This document shows positions 32,838-42,530 of a stretch of DNA of 64,000 bases, one piece after another (the first letter of the stretch is position 1; the number at the start of each line of letters is the position of its first letter). The DNA is from Candidatus Argoarchaeum ethanivorans. Its GTDB lineage: Archaea > Halobacteriota > Methanosarcinia > Methanosarcinales > EX4572-44. The position numbers and the translations under genes are program-made. The notes under the pieces were generated by a model that saw only the letters and a list, made by a program, of their open reading frames with translations, ran no database searches and had not been told where the DNA came from. Where the stretch lies: positions 3,900-67,899 of the forward strand of contig CAJHIS010000002.1 of NCBI GenBank assembly GCA_905067555.1, written 5' to 3'.

Positions 32838-33100
32838 AACGTATAGGAAAGTATAAACACACTTCATTTTCTTGCTATTGAAATTCGATACATGACTTGC
32901 TGCACTCGATTGCTTCACAATCGAGAACTAAAAGCTACCTGTTATTTTCTACACAACGAAGTTGTGTAGTGCTTGCGTAATCAAGAATCAGAGGTTGTCG
33001 ATAATTCTGCGAAAGCGAAGTTATGCAGTGCTTCTTGTAATCGAGAGTTATTTCCACGCATGGATTGCGTGGTTCTGCGAAAGCGAAGTTGTGCAGTTCT
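32838..33100. repeat. composite REP-like element with conserved head module
   Basis: aacgtataggaaagtataaac...cttgctattgaaattcgatacatgactt followed by several hairpins; between convergent genes. Confidence 0.88.
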
Positions 33101-33676
33101 TCATAAATTTGGTAAAGGTAGCACTGAATGAGCAAAGAGGGGTAGATATCCAATATAAGGAATGCGACAGACTGCAATTCCTACAACCCACTCCTTTTTT
33201 ACAGGTGTATGATAACAGATGTTTCCCTCCTGATCATAGTATCGATTGGTTATCTTGTTATCCCCTTTTGTAATATAGCCATCATGGGGTGCAGGAGGCC
33301 CATTCTCCCACATGGGTTCACCCTTTTTAACAAAGTACATGGCCCGGTGAATGATAGGCGTTATATCAGCACGCCCGTTTTTTTTATATAAAATGACATT
33401 TCCGTAGTTGTTAAAAGAATTGTAACCCTGCTCCTTTCCATCCATGTATGTGATAATTTCCCCACGATTCAGAGTTTTTATAAAAATAATATCTCCAACT
33501 TCCATATTATGTTCCATGCTTCCGGATTCCACTGCTACCATCGGATGATATGTTCCAAATACGACCTTGGATGCAGATGTAAACACTATAAGAATAAACA
33601 CCACAAAAATTAGATCGTTGGCAAACCTGACCCAATAATTATCACTTTTTCTAAATTTTTTTATTGCATCTTTCAT
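33101..33676 (-). CDS. signal peptidase I (S26B/Sec11 type)
   Basis: VESGSME, GDII, IIHR, TKGDN. Confidence 0.92.
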   Translation of the reverse strand: MKDAIKKFRKSDNYWVRFANDLIFVVFILIVFTSASKVVFGTYHPMVAVESGSMEHNMEVGDIIFIKTLNRGEIITYMDGKEQGYNSFNNYGNVILYKKNGRADITPIIHRAMYFVKKGEPMWENGPPAPHDGYITKGDNKITNRYYDQEGNICYHTPVKKEWVVGIAVCRIPYIGYLPLFAHSVLPLPNL

Positions 33677-33721
33677 TTAAAAACCTTTTGTGTTGTCGCA
33701 TAACAATAAATCACCAATCAT

Positions 33722-33833
33722 TGGCGCCGAGGTTGGGATTTGAACCCAAGCATCCCGCAAGGGACAGCAAGTCTCGAGCCTGCCGCGTTTAGACTCCTAT
33801 TTTTATTGGATTAGTCCGCTCTGCCACCTCGGC
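33722..33833 (-). tRNA. tRNA-Ser(CGA) with 23-nt intron at about position 21/22 and encoded CCA
   Basis: GCCGAGG acceptor stem, GCAGG-CT-CGA-GA-CTTGC anticodon arm, long variable arm, TTCAAAT loop; intron 33789-33811 with BHB-like fold. Confidence 0.88.
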
Positions 33834-33940
33834 ACTGTGTTTTAGTGGTGCTGTGCGGAAGATTGAATTTATTTATGCTAAAATGTGCATGTTTCAATCG
33901 CTACAACTTTGTACTGGTACATTAATGTATTGCTGCTAAG

Positions 33941-35083
33941 ATGAACTTTCGAACCAAACAATTTGTAAGAAGCAGATTCCAACATTATTATAAGACTCAC
34001 AAGATATACCTGCCACCAGGCTTTGATGTACGTGAGTGGGGTTTTATCATGTTTGACGAACTCCCTGAAGTGCGTATGCGTCGCCACAAAGCTTTCGGCT
34101 CAAGAGGAGAACTGAGTGATTATCTAAGCGGAATGGTTCCTTCTCATGCATATTATTCCACTGCCTATTATACGTATCCTGCTGCACGAAACATGAAGGA
34201 AAAGGGATGGCAGGGTGCTGATTTAATCTTTGATCTTGATGCAGACCATCTCAGAAAACAGGGCGCAGATTATGCAGAAATGCTTGAAAATGTCAAAACA
34301 GAAACCATAAAACTTTTAGATTTCCTGACAGAAGACTTTGGATTCGGGAGTGAGCATATCGAAGTGGTATTTTCCGGGGGCAGAGGTTACCATATTCATG
34401 TACGAGACAAATCTGTGCTCAAACTTGAAAGTGGTGCAAGACGTGAGATTGTAGATTACCTTACATGCACCGGGTTTGATTATAAAAAGATTTTTAAAAA
34501 TGATTCGACATGGAGCATGCGTATCGCAGAAAAGGTGATTGATTATTTTTACAAGCTCAGGTTTTCAGTGGATAAAAATGAAGCACTCCATAGCTTGCAG
34601 AGGTTTACTGAGATCGGTAAAAAGAGGAGTAGCAGAGTGATGGATACACTGTATGAATTTAATACGCGTGATGAACTTGAAACATATTTTCGTCATGGCG
34701 GCTTTGGCTTTAAACAGCACATAGCGCTTAATGTGAAACAGGTTGCTGAGAGCCTCATAAACCTTGAGGGTATTGCTTCGCTGAGTGGTGAGACTGACGA
34801 GCCTGTAACAACCGATATTAAACGATTAATTCGTCTTCCTTTAAGTCTTCATGGCGGCAGTGGGTTTACAGTAACCCCTGTTGCGATAGATGCTCTTGAA
34901 TCATTCAATCCATTAATTGATGCGGTTACGTTTGGAAACGACATGACCAGTGTTATTGGCATAAAACCCTTTGAAATCCAGATGTACAATAATACGTACA
35001 CAGTAGAACCCGGAACATCTGTTCTTCCGGAGTGTGCTGCAATATATGCAATGTGTCGAGGAGCCTGCGAGTATGGTGAATAG
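33941..35083 (+). CDS. priS: DNA primase catalytic subunit
   Basis: REWGF, LIFDLDAD, SGGRGYH, DEPVTTDIKRLIRLP. Confidence 0.96.
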   Translation: MNFRTKQFVRSRFQHYYKTHKIYLPPGFDVREWGFIMFDELPEVRMRRHKAFGSRGELSDYLSGMVPSHAYYSTAYYTYPAARNMKEKGWQGADLIFDLDADHLRKQGADYAEMLENVKTETIKLLDFLTEDFGFGSEHIEVVFSGGRGYHIHVRDKSVLKLESGARREIVDYLTCTGFDYKKIFKNDSTWSMRIAEKVIDYFYKLRFSVDKNEALHSLQRFTEIGKKRSSRVMDTLYEFNTRDELETYFRHGGFGFKQHIALNVKQVAESLINLEGIASLSGETDEPVTTDIKRLIRLPLSLHGGSGFTVTPVAIDALESFNPLIDAVTFGNDMTSVIGIKPFEIQMYNNTYTVEPGTSVLPECAAIYAMCRGACEYGE

Positions 35084-35699
35084 AAGAACGATTGATGATG
35101 CTGTTCGGATGGAAAAAGAAAGTTCAAAACTATCTGCGCTGGATGATGATTTCTACCAGCAGTCTCGCGCATTTCTACAGAGCCTGTATGAAGAACTGAA
35201 AAACTATGAACCTGATAGTTCAAAATATAATATTATTCAGCGTGGATTAAAAAACACCAGAGATCAAATAGAGAAACTCTTTGAGCTTAGAATGTGGAAA
35301 CTACTGAAAAAATCAGCACTTAAAGGTGAAGATGATGCCACATTTGACACAACAACATTAACTGTTGAAGAACGAAAAACATACAACGAACTGAGAAAAA
35401 CAATAACCTCGCACCAGCAACTGATATTTAATATTACAGAACAGAAGAAACCTAATATAGAGCCAGTAACCGAAGACGCCGCGCAGGAACAAAACATTAA
35501 AACTGAAACGTCTGACAATAGTAAAAGGAATATAACCGATGAATACATTGTTGTCAGAGTTTTGCAGGATATTCCGCAGTTTCGAGGGATTGATATGCAT
35601 GATTATACTCTAACAAAGGACGATGTTGCTGTTTTACCAGGTATAAATGCAGATGCATTATGCAAACGTGATATTGCAGTTAAAATTAATTTAAGTTGA
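35073..35699 (+). CDS. GINS family replication factor
   Basis: LSALDDDFY, LFELRMWKL, C-terminal VRVLQDIPQFRGID B-domain; follows priS. Confidence 0.85.
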   Translation: MVNRRTIDDAVRMEKESSKLSALDDDFYQQSRAFLQSLYEELKNYEPDSSKYNIIQRGLKNTRDQIEKLFELRMWKLLKKSALKGEDDATFDTTTLTVEERKTYNELRKTITSHQQLIFNITEQKKPNIEPVTEDAAQEQNIKTETSDNSKRNITDEYIVVRVLQDIPQFRGIDMHDYTLTKDDVAVLPGINADALCKRDIAVKINLS

Positions 35700-35711
35700 G
35701 AATAATAAACT

Positions 35712-36941
35712 ATGTCGAGCTTGTTGCCTTTCTTCAAAGATCAATGGATACTTGCGGTTTCAGATCTCACTTTTAGCATCAAACAAAAGTTCAAAGAGGA
35801 CAGTGATATGCAGGATGTGTGGGTAAGGGGCGAGATCTCAAACCTGACAAACCATCGATCAGGCCACAGCTATTTTACCCTGAAAGATGCGAAAAGCCAG
35901 ATTCAATGCGTGATGTTCAAATGGTATGCAAAACGGCTTAAATTCAAACCGTCACCTGGTATGAAAGTAATAGTTTTTGGAAGCGTCGAAATCTATGAAC
36001 AACGGAGCCAGTACCAGATCCAGGTTATGACAATTCGACCGGATGGCATTGGAGAGCTTTATAAAGCGTTTGAACAGCTCAAAATCAAACTTGAAGCGGA
36101 AGGGCTCTTTAGCGAAGTACACAAAAAACCACTGCCAAAATACCCATTAACGATTGCAGTGGCATCCTCTCCTACAGGCGCTGTTATCCATGACATTATA
36201 AATATTACCAGGCGCCGTTATCCAGTGCATATCATTCTTGCACCAACGCTGGTACAGGGAGCAGAAGCAAGAGAGAGCATTGTAAAGTCTATTCAACTGC
36301 TCAACCAAATGAATGTGGACGTGATTATTCTTGCACGCGGTGGCGGCTCAATCGAGGATCTTTGGCCATTTAACGAGGAAGAAGTAGCAAGAGCAATATA
36401 CCATTCAGAGATTCCCATAGTATCAGCCATTGGGCATGAAACTGATTACACCATTGCAGACTTTACAGCAGACCTTAGAGCACCCACCCCGTCTGCTGCT
36501 GCAGAACTAACCGTACCAGACGTAAGCGATATACGACAACAATTGAGTCAATATGATGTGATTCTTGACCACACGATAAAAGAAAAAATAAGCGGTATCT
36601 CTCAGAGGATTGCTCAATACGAATCCATTGTGTCCATTAAACGATTAGATGAACGTGTAAACATCAAACAGCAGAGAATGAAAGAAATGAACAAGCACCT
36701 GCAGCGGTTGATGCATCATAAAATTGATATAACAAACAGTCACTTTGATTCAGTGTATACATATCTCAATGCAGTAAGTCCGCTACACACCATTAAGCGC
36801 GGATACAGCATAACACTGAAAGGCAAAACCATTGTGAGCAGCATAACACAGATTAAAAAGGGGGATAATATTGAAATCATGGTAAAAGATGGTATGATTG
36901 AAAGTACAGTCAATGCAAAGAATAAGAGAGAGGTTGTATGA
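35712..36941 (+). CDS. xseA: exodeoxyribonuclease VII large subunit
   Basis: GEISN, SGHSYFTLKD, RGGGSIEDLW, IGHETD, PTPSAAAE. Confidence 0.96.
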   Translation: MSSLLPFFKDQWILAVSDLTFSIKQKFKEDSDMQDVWVRGEISNLTNHRSGHSYFTLKDAKSQIQCVMFKWYAKRLKFKPSPGMKVIVFGSVEIYEQRSQYQIQVMTIRPDGIGELYKAFEQLKIKLEAEGLFSEVHKKPLPKYPLTIAVASSPTGAVIHDIINITRRRYPVHIILAPTLVQGAEARESIVKSIQLLNQMNVDVIILARGGGSIEDLWPFNEEEVARAIYHSEIPIVSAIGHETDYTIADFTADLRAPTPSAAAELTVPDVSDIRQQLSQYDVILDHTIKEKISGISQRIAQYESIVSIKRLDERVNIKQQRMKEMNKHLQRLMHHKIDITNSHFDSVYTYLNAVSPLHTIKRGYSITLKGKTIVSSITQIKKGDNIEIMVKDGMIESTVNAKNKREVV

Positions 36942-36944
36942 TAA

Positions 36945-37199
36945 ATGAATGAAGATATAAGAGAGAGCAAAGAAAACGAGATTGATGTTTGGAACTTAAG
37001 CTTTGAAGAATCACTAACAAAATTGGAAGAGATAGTCAAACAGCTTGAAGATGGAAACCTTCCACTCGAAGACAGTCTCAGTTTGTTTGAGTGCGGCATC
37101 AGATTCTCCCGACGATGCAGAGAACTATTAGAGAATGCCAAACACCGGGTAGATATACTTACTGAAGAAGGATTTGAGCCTTTTGAAGATGAGGTTTGA
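36945..37199 (+). CDS. xseB: exodeoxyribonuclease VII small subunit
   Basis: SFEESLTKLEEIVKQLE...LEDSLSLFECG. Confidence 0.93.
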   Translation: MNEDIRESKENEIDVWNLSFEESLTKLEEIVKQLEDGNLPLEDSLSLFECGIRFSRRCRELLENAKHRVDILTEEGFEPFEDEV

Positions 37200-37520
37200 T
37201 TTGTAAGTTACTAAAATCACCCTACAGTGTCTCATTCTACTTTTATGCGTTAGGTGAGGGTTTCTACGGCAAAGTGGTAGTGGCACTGAATGATAGAACG
37301 TTACACTACAATGCGACAGACAAAGTGGACTCTATAATGGTTGGGAAATGGTTATTTTGCGACACAATCACTTATATGCACTGATTTGGACTTACAAAAT
37401 CCAACCCCAAAATGACGCTATAGATATAACGATATGAACTACAAGATTACCCTGAAAACTTTTTCATTCTTAATTTTTCGTGTATTGGGATTCATAGGAG
37501 CTTACACAAACTCTCATGAC

Positions 37521-38147
37521 TCATTTTGACTTACCATATTTAGACACTGTTTTCCAGCTCTTGCGCACAAAGGGAGGGAACTCCTTGTGAGAGTGTATCC
37601 AATCTTCAAGAAATCTTTTTGTTTTAGGATCTGACGGGTAACCGCTGCCAATCAACAAGCCCATTTTCATGCTCAATTCTTTTACCAGAGCGTCTCGCTT
37701 TACCTTTGCAATGATGGATGCAGCAGACACAACAGGATATTTCTGATCTGCGTGATGCTCTGAGATTATCTCTATCTTGTGTCCATATTTCTCACCAACC
37801 AATCTACCAAACCGCTCTGGTTTGACATCGGCAGCATCAAGGTATGCAAACTCTGGTTTTAGTTCTTTAAGCACCCTTGCAAAGCAGATTACCATCACCA
37901 CATTCATGGTCATTGCCTTACGAAATTCATCGATCTGTGCTGCACTCACCTCAAGCACAAATGTCTTATCTGCTATATTTTTAATCTGTTCTGATAATTT
38001 TTCACGCTTCTTTGGGGTGAGCTTTTTCGAATCATCCACGCCAAGCTTTTTTAACCTCCCCACATCTGTTGTCAGTACGCCGCCAACACACATAGGTCCA
38101 ACAACCGGCCCCTTGCCTGCCTCATCCACGCCCGCTATTAGTGTCAT
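37521..38147 (-). CDS. rnhB: ribonuclease HII
   Basis: GVDEAGKGP, DSKKL, SAASIIAK, GSGYPSDP. Confidence 0.97.
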   Translation of the reverse strand: MTLIAGVDEAGKGPVVGPMCVGGVLTTDVGRLKKLGVDDSKKLTPKKREKLSEQIKNIADKTFVLEVSAAQIDEFRKAMTMNVVMVICFARVLKELKPEFAYLDAADVKPERFGRLVGEKYGHKIEIISEHHADQKYPVVSAASIIAKVKRDALVKELSMKMGLLIGSGYPSDPKTKRFLEDWIHSHKEFPPFVRKSWKTVSKYGKSK

Positions 38148-38165
38148 CCAGTCACCTATTTATCC

Positions 38166-38780
38166 TTAGCAGTTTTTGATTAATGTTCCGCCGCGATCCT
38201 GTTCAATAGCTGTAATAATTGGTTCAGCACGTAATCCACAGACCACGCGGCAGGTAAGACCGTTTGTTAAAAGAAAGCCTGGGAGGGCACGGTCAACACA
38301 GGTGTCAAGACCGGGGAGCTTTGAAGCACATATTTCCTCAACGAGATCTTCCTTAATATATATACCCTGCACATCAGTAGCTTTAATAAAATTAGATTTA
38401 TATTCGTTGGCAATCCATGCAGCAATAGTATCACCAGTTACATCCCAGCTGTGTTGTTCCATACAATCTTCCATACAAAATAGGTGGTACGGTAAAAGCA
38501 CAAACACTCCATTACCATCCGGTTTTCCCCTCACCAAACTGGTACCTGTCCTGTCACACAATAGCAAACCATATTGTTCCATTGCAAGAAGAGCCATCCA
38601 GTGAGATGCATCAGACGAGAGGTGCATACGGGCATCCACGTTTCTTACCATATCAGCAAAAATGCCGCCTCCTGGTACAAGAAGAATACACTGTTTGCTC
38701 CTGTCTGCGTAATCTGCAAGATCGCTGACCACATCCCTTGCACAATCGATCAGACTTCCACCAAACTTCACAACAAACAT
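38166..38780 (-). CDS. amino-acid-kinase family protein (MfnE-like)
   Basis: VVKFGGSL, PGGGIFAD, SHWMA, SWDVTGD, TDVQG. Confidence 0.8.
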   Translation of the reverse strand: MFVVKFGGSLIDCARDVVSDLADYADRSKQCILLVPGGGIFADMVRNVDARMHLSSDASHWMALLAMEQYGLLLCDRTGTSLVRGKPDGNGVFVLLPYHLFCMEDCMEQHSWDVTGDTIAAWIANEYKSNFIKATDVQGIYIKEDLVEEICASKLPGLDTCVDRALPGFLLTNGLTCRVVCGLRAEPIITAIEQDRGGTLIKNC

Positions 38781-38853
38781 CAATACAAGCAATGGCAGCC
38801 TTCACACAAATACTTTCTTAAAGTAACTCCTGTTGTATGTGAATGATTTAAGA

Positions 38854-38927
38854 TGGGCTCGCGGAGATTTGAACTCCGGATCTCCGCCGTGTAAAGGCGA
38901 TGTCATGACCAACTAGACCACAAGCCC
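38854..38927 (-). tRNA. tRNA-Val(TAC)
   Basis: GGGCTTG...TCGCC-TT-TAC-AC-GGCGG...GTTCAAATC...CGAGCCCA. Confidence 0.95.
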
Positions 38928-39377
38928 TACTGTGAGCCCCAACCGCACTACCCCATAATGAATTATGAGGAATCTCATTGCTGCAAGCCTAAGCTTTCCA
39001 CAAGGATTTTATCTCCTTTCAATTTAATTAACATTAATTGTTAGTTTCTATCTCTATAAAAGGTTAACTGTTTCAGTTTTAAGAAGCCGTTAAATTAGCT
39101 TTTTGACTTAAAAGTCTATCTCTTTTTTGGGTATGACCTGGTTTGCAGGTATGCTGCCCTCTCAGTATCCCCAAAGGAAATTTATATGGAGCTTGAGCTT
39201 TAAAGCATTGAAACATCATGGGTTCAGTGGTAGTTGTCTACTGGGACCCGGGTTTTCTTCCCAAAAAAGATAGTATCTCAAGCTTTAGCACTCTCGATAT
39301 TTTTGTTAATTCCTGTGGATTCGGAGATACGGTCTTCATAGCAATACTTATATGCTATGTATCTAAAGAATGTTAGT

Positions 39378-39539
39378 ATGAGAACTGGTGTTGATAGTAC
39401 TGATTACTCAGACGATGTGCTTGATGTTCAGCTTGGTATTAAAAAATATAAATGTCTTGATTGCGGAAATACTTTTAATGGCGCTGGGAAGACTGTTGTC
39501 TGCCCATCCTGCCATTCATCAAATGTAGTGCTAAAATGA
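39378..39539 (+). CDS. small zinc-ribbon protein, ~53 aa
   Basis: KYKCLDCGNTF...CPSCHSSNV. Confidence 0.8.
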   Translation: MRTGVDSTDYSDDVLDVQLGIKKYKCLDCGNTFNGAGKTVVCPSCHSSNVVLK

Positions 39540-39576
39540 TGATTAAATGGAACCGGGAATCAATAGATAAATAACT

Positions 39577-39753
39577 ATGATGGCAGGTCAGTATGGAATT
39601 TGTGCCATCTGCGGAACAGTCGCACCGCTGCACACATGCCCACTTTGTGGCAGACTTGTATGTAGTAACTGCCTTACAGCAGAGGGGATATGCCTCTGGT
39701 GCAGCAGGGGCAGAATGATACAGCAATACAGGCTGAAAAATAGCGAATTCTAA
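39577..39753 (+). CDS. small Cys-rich protein, 58 aa, four CxxC
   Basis: Not in ORF track: MMAGQYGICAICGTVAPLHTCPLCGRLVCSNCLTAEGICLWCSRGRMIQQYRLKNSEF. Confidence 0.82.
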   Translation: MMAGQYGICAICGTVAPLHTCPLCGRLVCSNCLTAEGICLWCSRGRMIQQYRLKNSEF

Positions 39754-39760
39754 TTTTTTT

Positions 39761-39900
39761 AAACGTATAGGAAATTATAAACGCAACAACACTCTCTTGC
39801 TATTGAAATTCGATACATGACTTACTGTATTCGATTGCTGCATAATCGAGAGTTATTTTCACACACGAAGTGTGTGGTTCTGCACAACGAAGTTGTGCAG
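39761..39900. repeat. composite REP-like element with head module
   Basis: aaacgtataggaaattataaacgcaac...cttgctattgaaattcgatacatgactt, cacac-gaa-gtgtg, ctgcacaac-gaa-gttgtgcag. Confidence 0.88.
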
Positions 39901-39913
39901 TTTTTGATATTAG

Positions 39914-40834
39914 TTACCATTCATTCGACAGATCATCCGGGTGTGACAGCAGTTCATTCACATACAGCGGTTTGTTTGTTTTAGCCATGTATAATCGCAC
40001 CCACCACAAAGTGGTTAATGGCTGAACGATGATTATAGAAACGAACGTGCTGATAAATCCTCCAACTTTTGGCACAGACCCAATAACCAGATTCGAGACA
40101 ATGGCTATTGCAACGGTAAAAATTAAGAGCAGTATCACATCAAGTTTGTGTGATACAAAAAACCCAAATCCTGTTTTAATAGCATCGATCGGGTGAAGGG
40201 ATTCGATTACTAATATGTATGGTGCAATAAAAAGAACAGTGATTACTATAACCATATATGTTATCCAGAGAAATATCCCGAGAATAAGAGTTCCTATACC
40301 GGCACCACCTTGACCACTAAACAGTGCAGGGGATAAAAGTGCTGCAGGTAATAGGAATACGATTCCAACAAGCAGAAACAAGCCGATTAAGATGTCTGTT
40401 AACAAAAGGCTGATAACGTGTTTTTTAGCATAGTTCATCATATCTGCAAAACCTGTGCTGCCTTTTTCTGTTGCTGCCTTTGCCATCTCGATTGCACCAG
40501 CTTTAAAAAACGTTCTGATAATGAATAAGCCGATAATGATAATTAAAAAAGATAGAATCAGATGAGCGATATATGGTTTGATCAGCAGCAAGAGAGAAGC
40601 AGCCCCCACTGCCGGCATCTCTTGACCCTCTGACATAGATCTACTGATTATCTGCACTCTGTCAAAAAATTGAGCGGTTGTATCAAATCCAATAACAAAT
40701 GCAACTGCAACGCCAACCATGCCTACAAACAGCATAGAAAAAAGAGAGTCCAGAATGAAAGGCAGTGCAATGTTTAGATTGTTCTTCCAGGTTTCAAAAC
40801 CCTTTTCAATGATTTTTCCGAATTCTTCACTCAT
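39914..40834 (-). CDS. polytopic membrane protein of unknown function
   Basis: Several hydrophobic helices; PIDAIKTGF motif. Confidence 0.75.
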   Translation of the reverse strand: MSEEFGKIIEKGFETWKNNLNIALPFILDSLFSMLFVGMVGVAVAFVIGFDTTAQFFDRVQIISRSMSEGQEMPAVGAASLLLLIKPYIAHLILSFLIIIIGLFIIRTFFKAGAIEMAKAATEKGSTGFADMMNYAKKHVISLLLTDILIGLFLLVGIVFLLPAALLSPALFSGQGGAGIGTLILGIFLWITYMVIVITVLFIAPYILVIESLHPIDAIKTGFGFFVSHKLDVILLLIFTVAIAIVSNLVIGSVPKVGGFISTFVSIIIVQPLTTLWWVRLYMAKTNKPLYVNELLSHPDDLSNEW

Positions 40835-41013
40835 ACATCCACACAAGCGATATTTAATAGAACCTTAACTCATCACTTATCCTTCTTAACACTTCTCCTT
40901 TCGTTAGCTGTTGGGCAAAATTCACCGATATCCCTGTGGCGACACATCGCCCATACCTACCCATAATACCTACCCATAGGTTTAATAGGCTTTTCGTGTA
41001 ATGATGCTTGTTT

Positions 41014-41565
41014 ATGTGGCAGGAAATATCACGTTTCGGAAAAAAACTTGTTGATACAGGACTGGTAGGATCTTACTTTGGGAATATCAGCATTAGAGAG
41101 GGCAGCAAAATAATAATAACCAGGCACAACGTGCCACTTGATAAGATAACTGAAAACGAGGTGGTAGAAGTCGAGCTTGATAGCTCAACAGACATCAACA
41201 GCACCGCATCCTCTGAAACGATCGTTCATAGAAAAATATACCAGATGACTCCGGCACTTGCTATCATCCATGCTCATGCACCATTTGCAGTCATACAATC
41301 ACTTGTTGAATCAAGAGACCGCATAATCCCTGTTGATGTCGCAGGACAATTGGTTCTGCATGAAATACCTGTTGTACGTGGTGGCATAGGAAGTTTTGAA
41401 CTTGCAGTAAATGCCGGAACAGCACTTAAGGATTACAAGGGAATTATTATACACGGTCACGGAAGCTTTGCTGCTGGTGAAACACTCGAGGAAGCCTTTG
41501 CCATCACCACACAGGTAGAGTACAGCTGCAATATCAAGTACTATGTTGAGCTTGCAAAAAAATAA
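41014..41565 (+). CDS. class II aldolase/adducin family protein
   Basis: GNISIR, ASSETIVHR, HAH, GHGSF. Confidence 0.9.
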   Translation: MWQEISRFGKKLVDTGLVGSYFGNISIREGSKIIITRHNVPLDKITENEVVEVELDSSTDINSTASSETIVHRKIYQMTPALAIIHAHAPFAVIQSLVESRDRIIPVDVAGQLVLHEIPVVRGGIGSFELAVNAGTALKDYKGIIIHGHGSFAAGETLEEAFAITTQVEYSCNIKYYVELAKK

Positions 41566-41590
41566 AAAAAAATAGACACTTTCTAAAATC

Positions 41591-42523
41591 ATGATATTTG
41601 AAAAAATTCGTACAGTCCCTCGCTCCAATGAGCTTCTTGATAAAGCATTTCGCCGCGGAAGCCGTGCTAAAAATGGCAAGATTAGTTACAACACCAAGCG
41701 TGAAGCAGAGGCGTCGATGATTATGACAGCAGGTAATATCCTCTCAGATAATCTTGCTAACGTTGTGCGTGATTTTCCAAGCTTCAACGAGATTTCTCCA
41801 TTCTACAATGAGCTTGCCGATGTTATTGTTGGAGTGGATAAAATTAGAGTGAGTCTTTCGAGTATCCAGTGGGCAAGCAAAAAAATAAAAGAGATTTCAA
41901 GATCTAATATCAGCAAAATATATCACAAAGAAGACCCAAAACTCACACGCCAGTCTGCAATCGGACGAATGAGTTCTGTGGTGAATAGAATATCAAAAGA
42001 TCTTGAATTTTTAGATGAAACACGAAATAAGCTTCGGAAACTTCCGGATATACGAGACGAGCCAACCATTGTAGTGGCAGGGTATCCTAATGTTGGAAAA
42101 TCAAGTTTTGTGAAGATTGTATCAAGTGCTAATCCTGAAATAGCCACCTACCCTTTCACTACCAAGGGACTTCTGGTAGGACATTTCGCAAGGGATGGCA
42201 CACGCTACCAGATCGTTGATACACCTGGGTTATTTGATCGCCCATTAAAAGAACGAAACACGATAGAGCGTCAGGCAATCCTTGCACTTGCTCATCAATG
42301 TAATATCATCCTATTCATATTTGACCCGAGTGAAACCTGTGGATATGTGCTGGAAGAACAACAAAAGCTCCAAGAGGAACTGGTAAACACATTTAGCGCA
42401 CCAATAGTAACCGTGTACAACAAAAAAGATATGGTACAGAAGAATTATCCACTTTCCATGTCCACGCTTACAAAAGAAGGGACAGACGCCATACTGGAGC
42501 TTCTGATAGAAAAGATCAGTTGA
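41591..42523 (+). CDS. NOG1 family GTPase
   Basis: GYPNVGKSS, YPFTTKG, DTPGLFDRP, NKKD. Confidence 0.93.
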   Translation: MIFEKIRTVPRSNELLDKAFRRGSRAKNGKISYNTKREAEASMIMTAGNILSDNLANVVRDFPSFNEISPFYNELADVIVGVDKIRVSLSSIQWASKKIKEISRSNISKIYHKEDPKLTRQSAIGRMSSVVNRISKDLEFLDETRNKLRKLPDIRDEPTIVVAGYPNVGKSSFVKIVSSANPEIATYPFTTKGLLVGHFARDGTRYQIVDTPGLFDRPLKERNTIERQAILALAHQCNIILFIFDPSETCGYVLEEQQKLQEELVNTFSAPIVTVYNKKDMVQKNYPLSMSTLTKEGTDAILELLIEKIS

Positions 42524-42530
42524 ATAAACT

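Noticed and set aside
38930..39020. Second tRNA upstream of tRNA-Val
   Set aside because: No T-loop or cloverleaf could be built.
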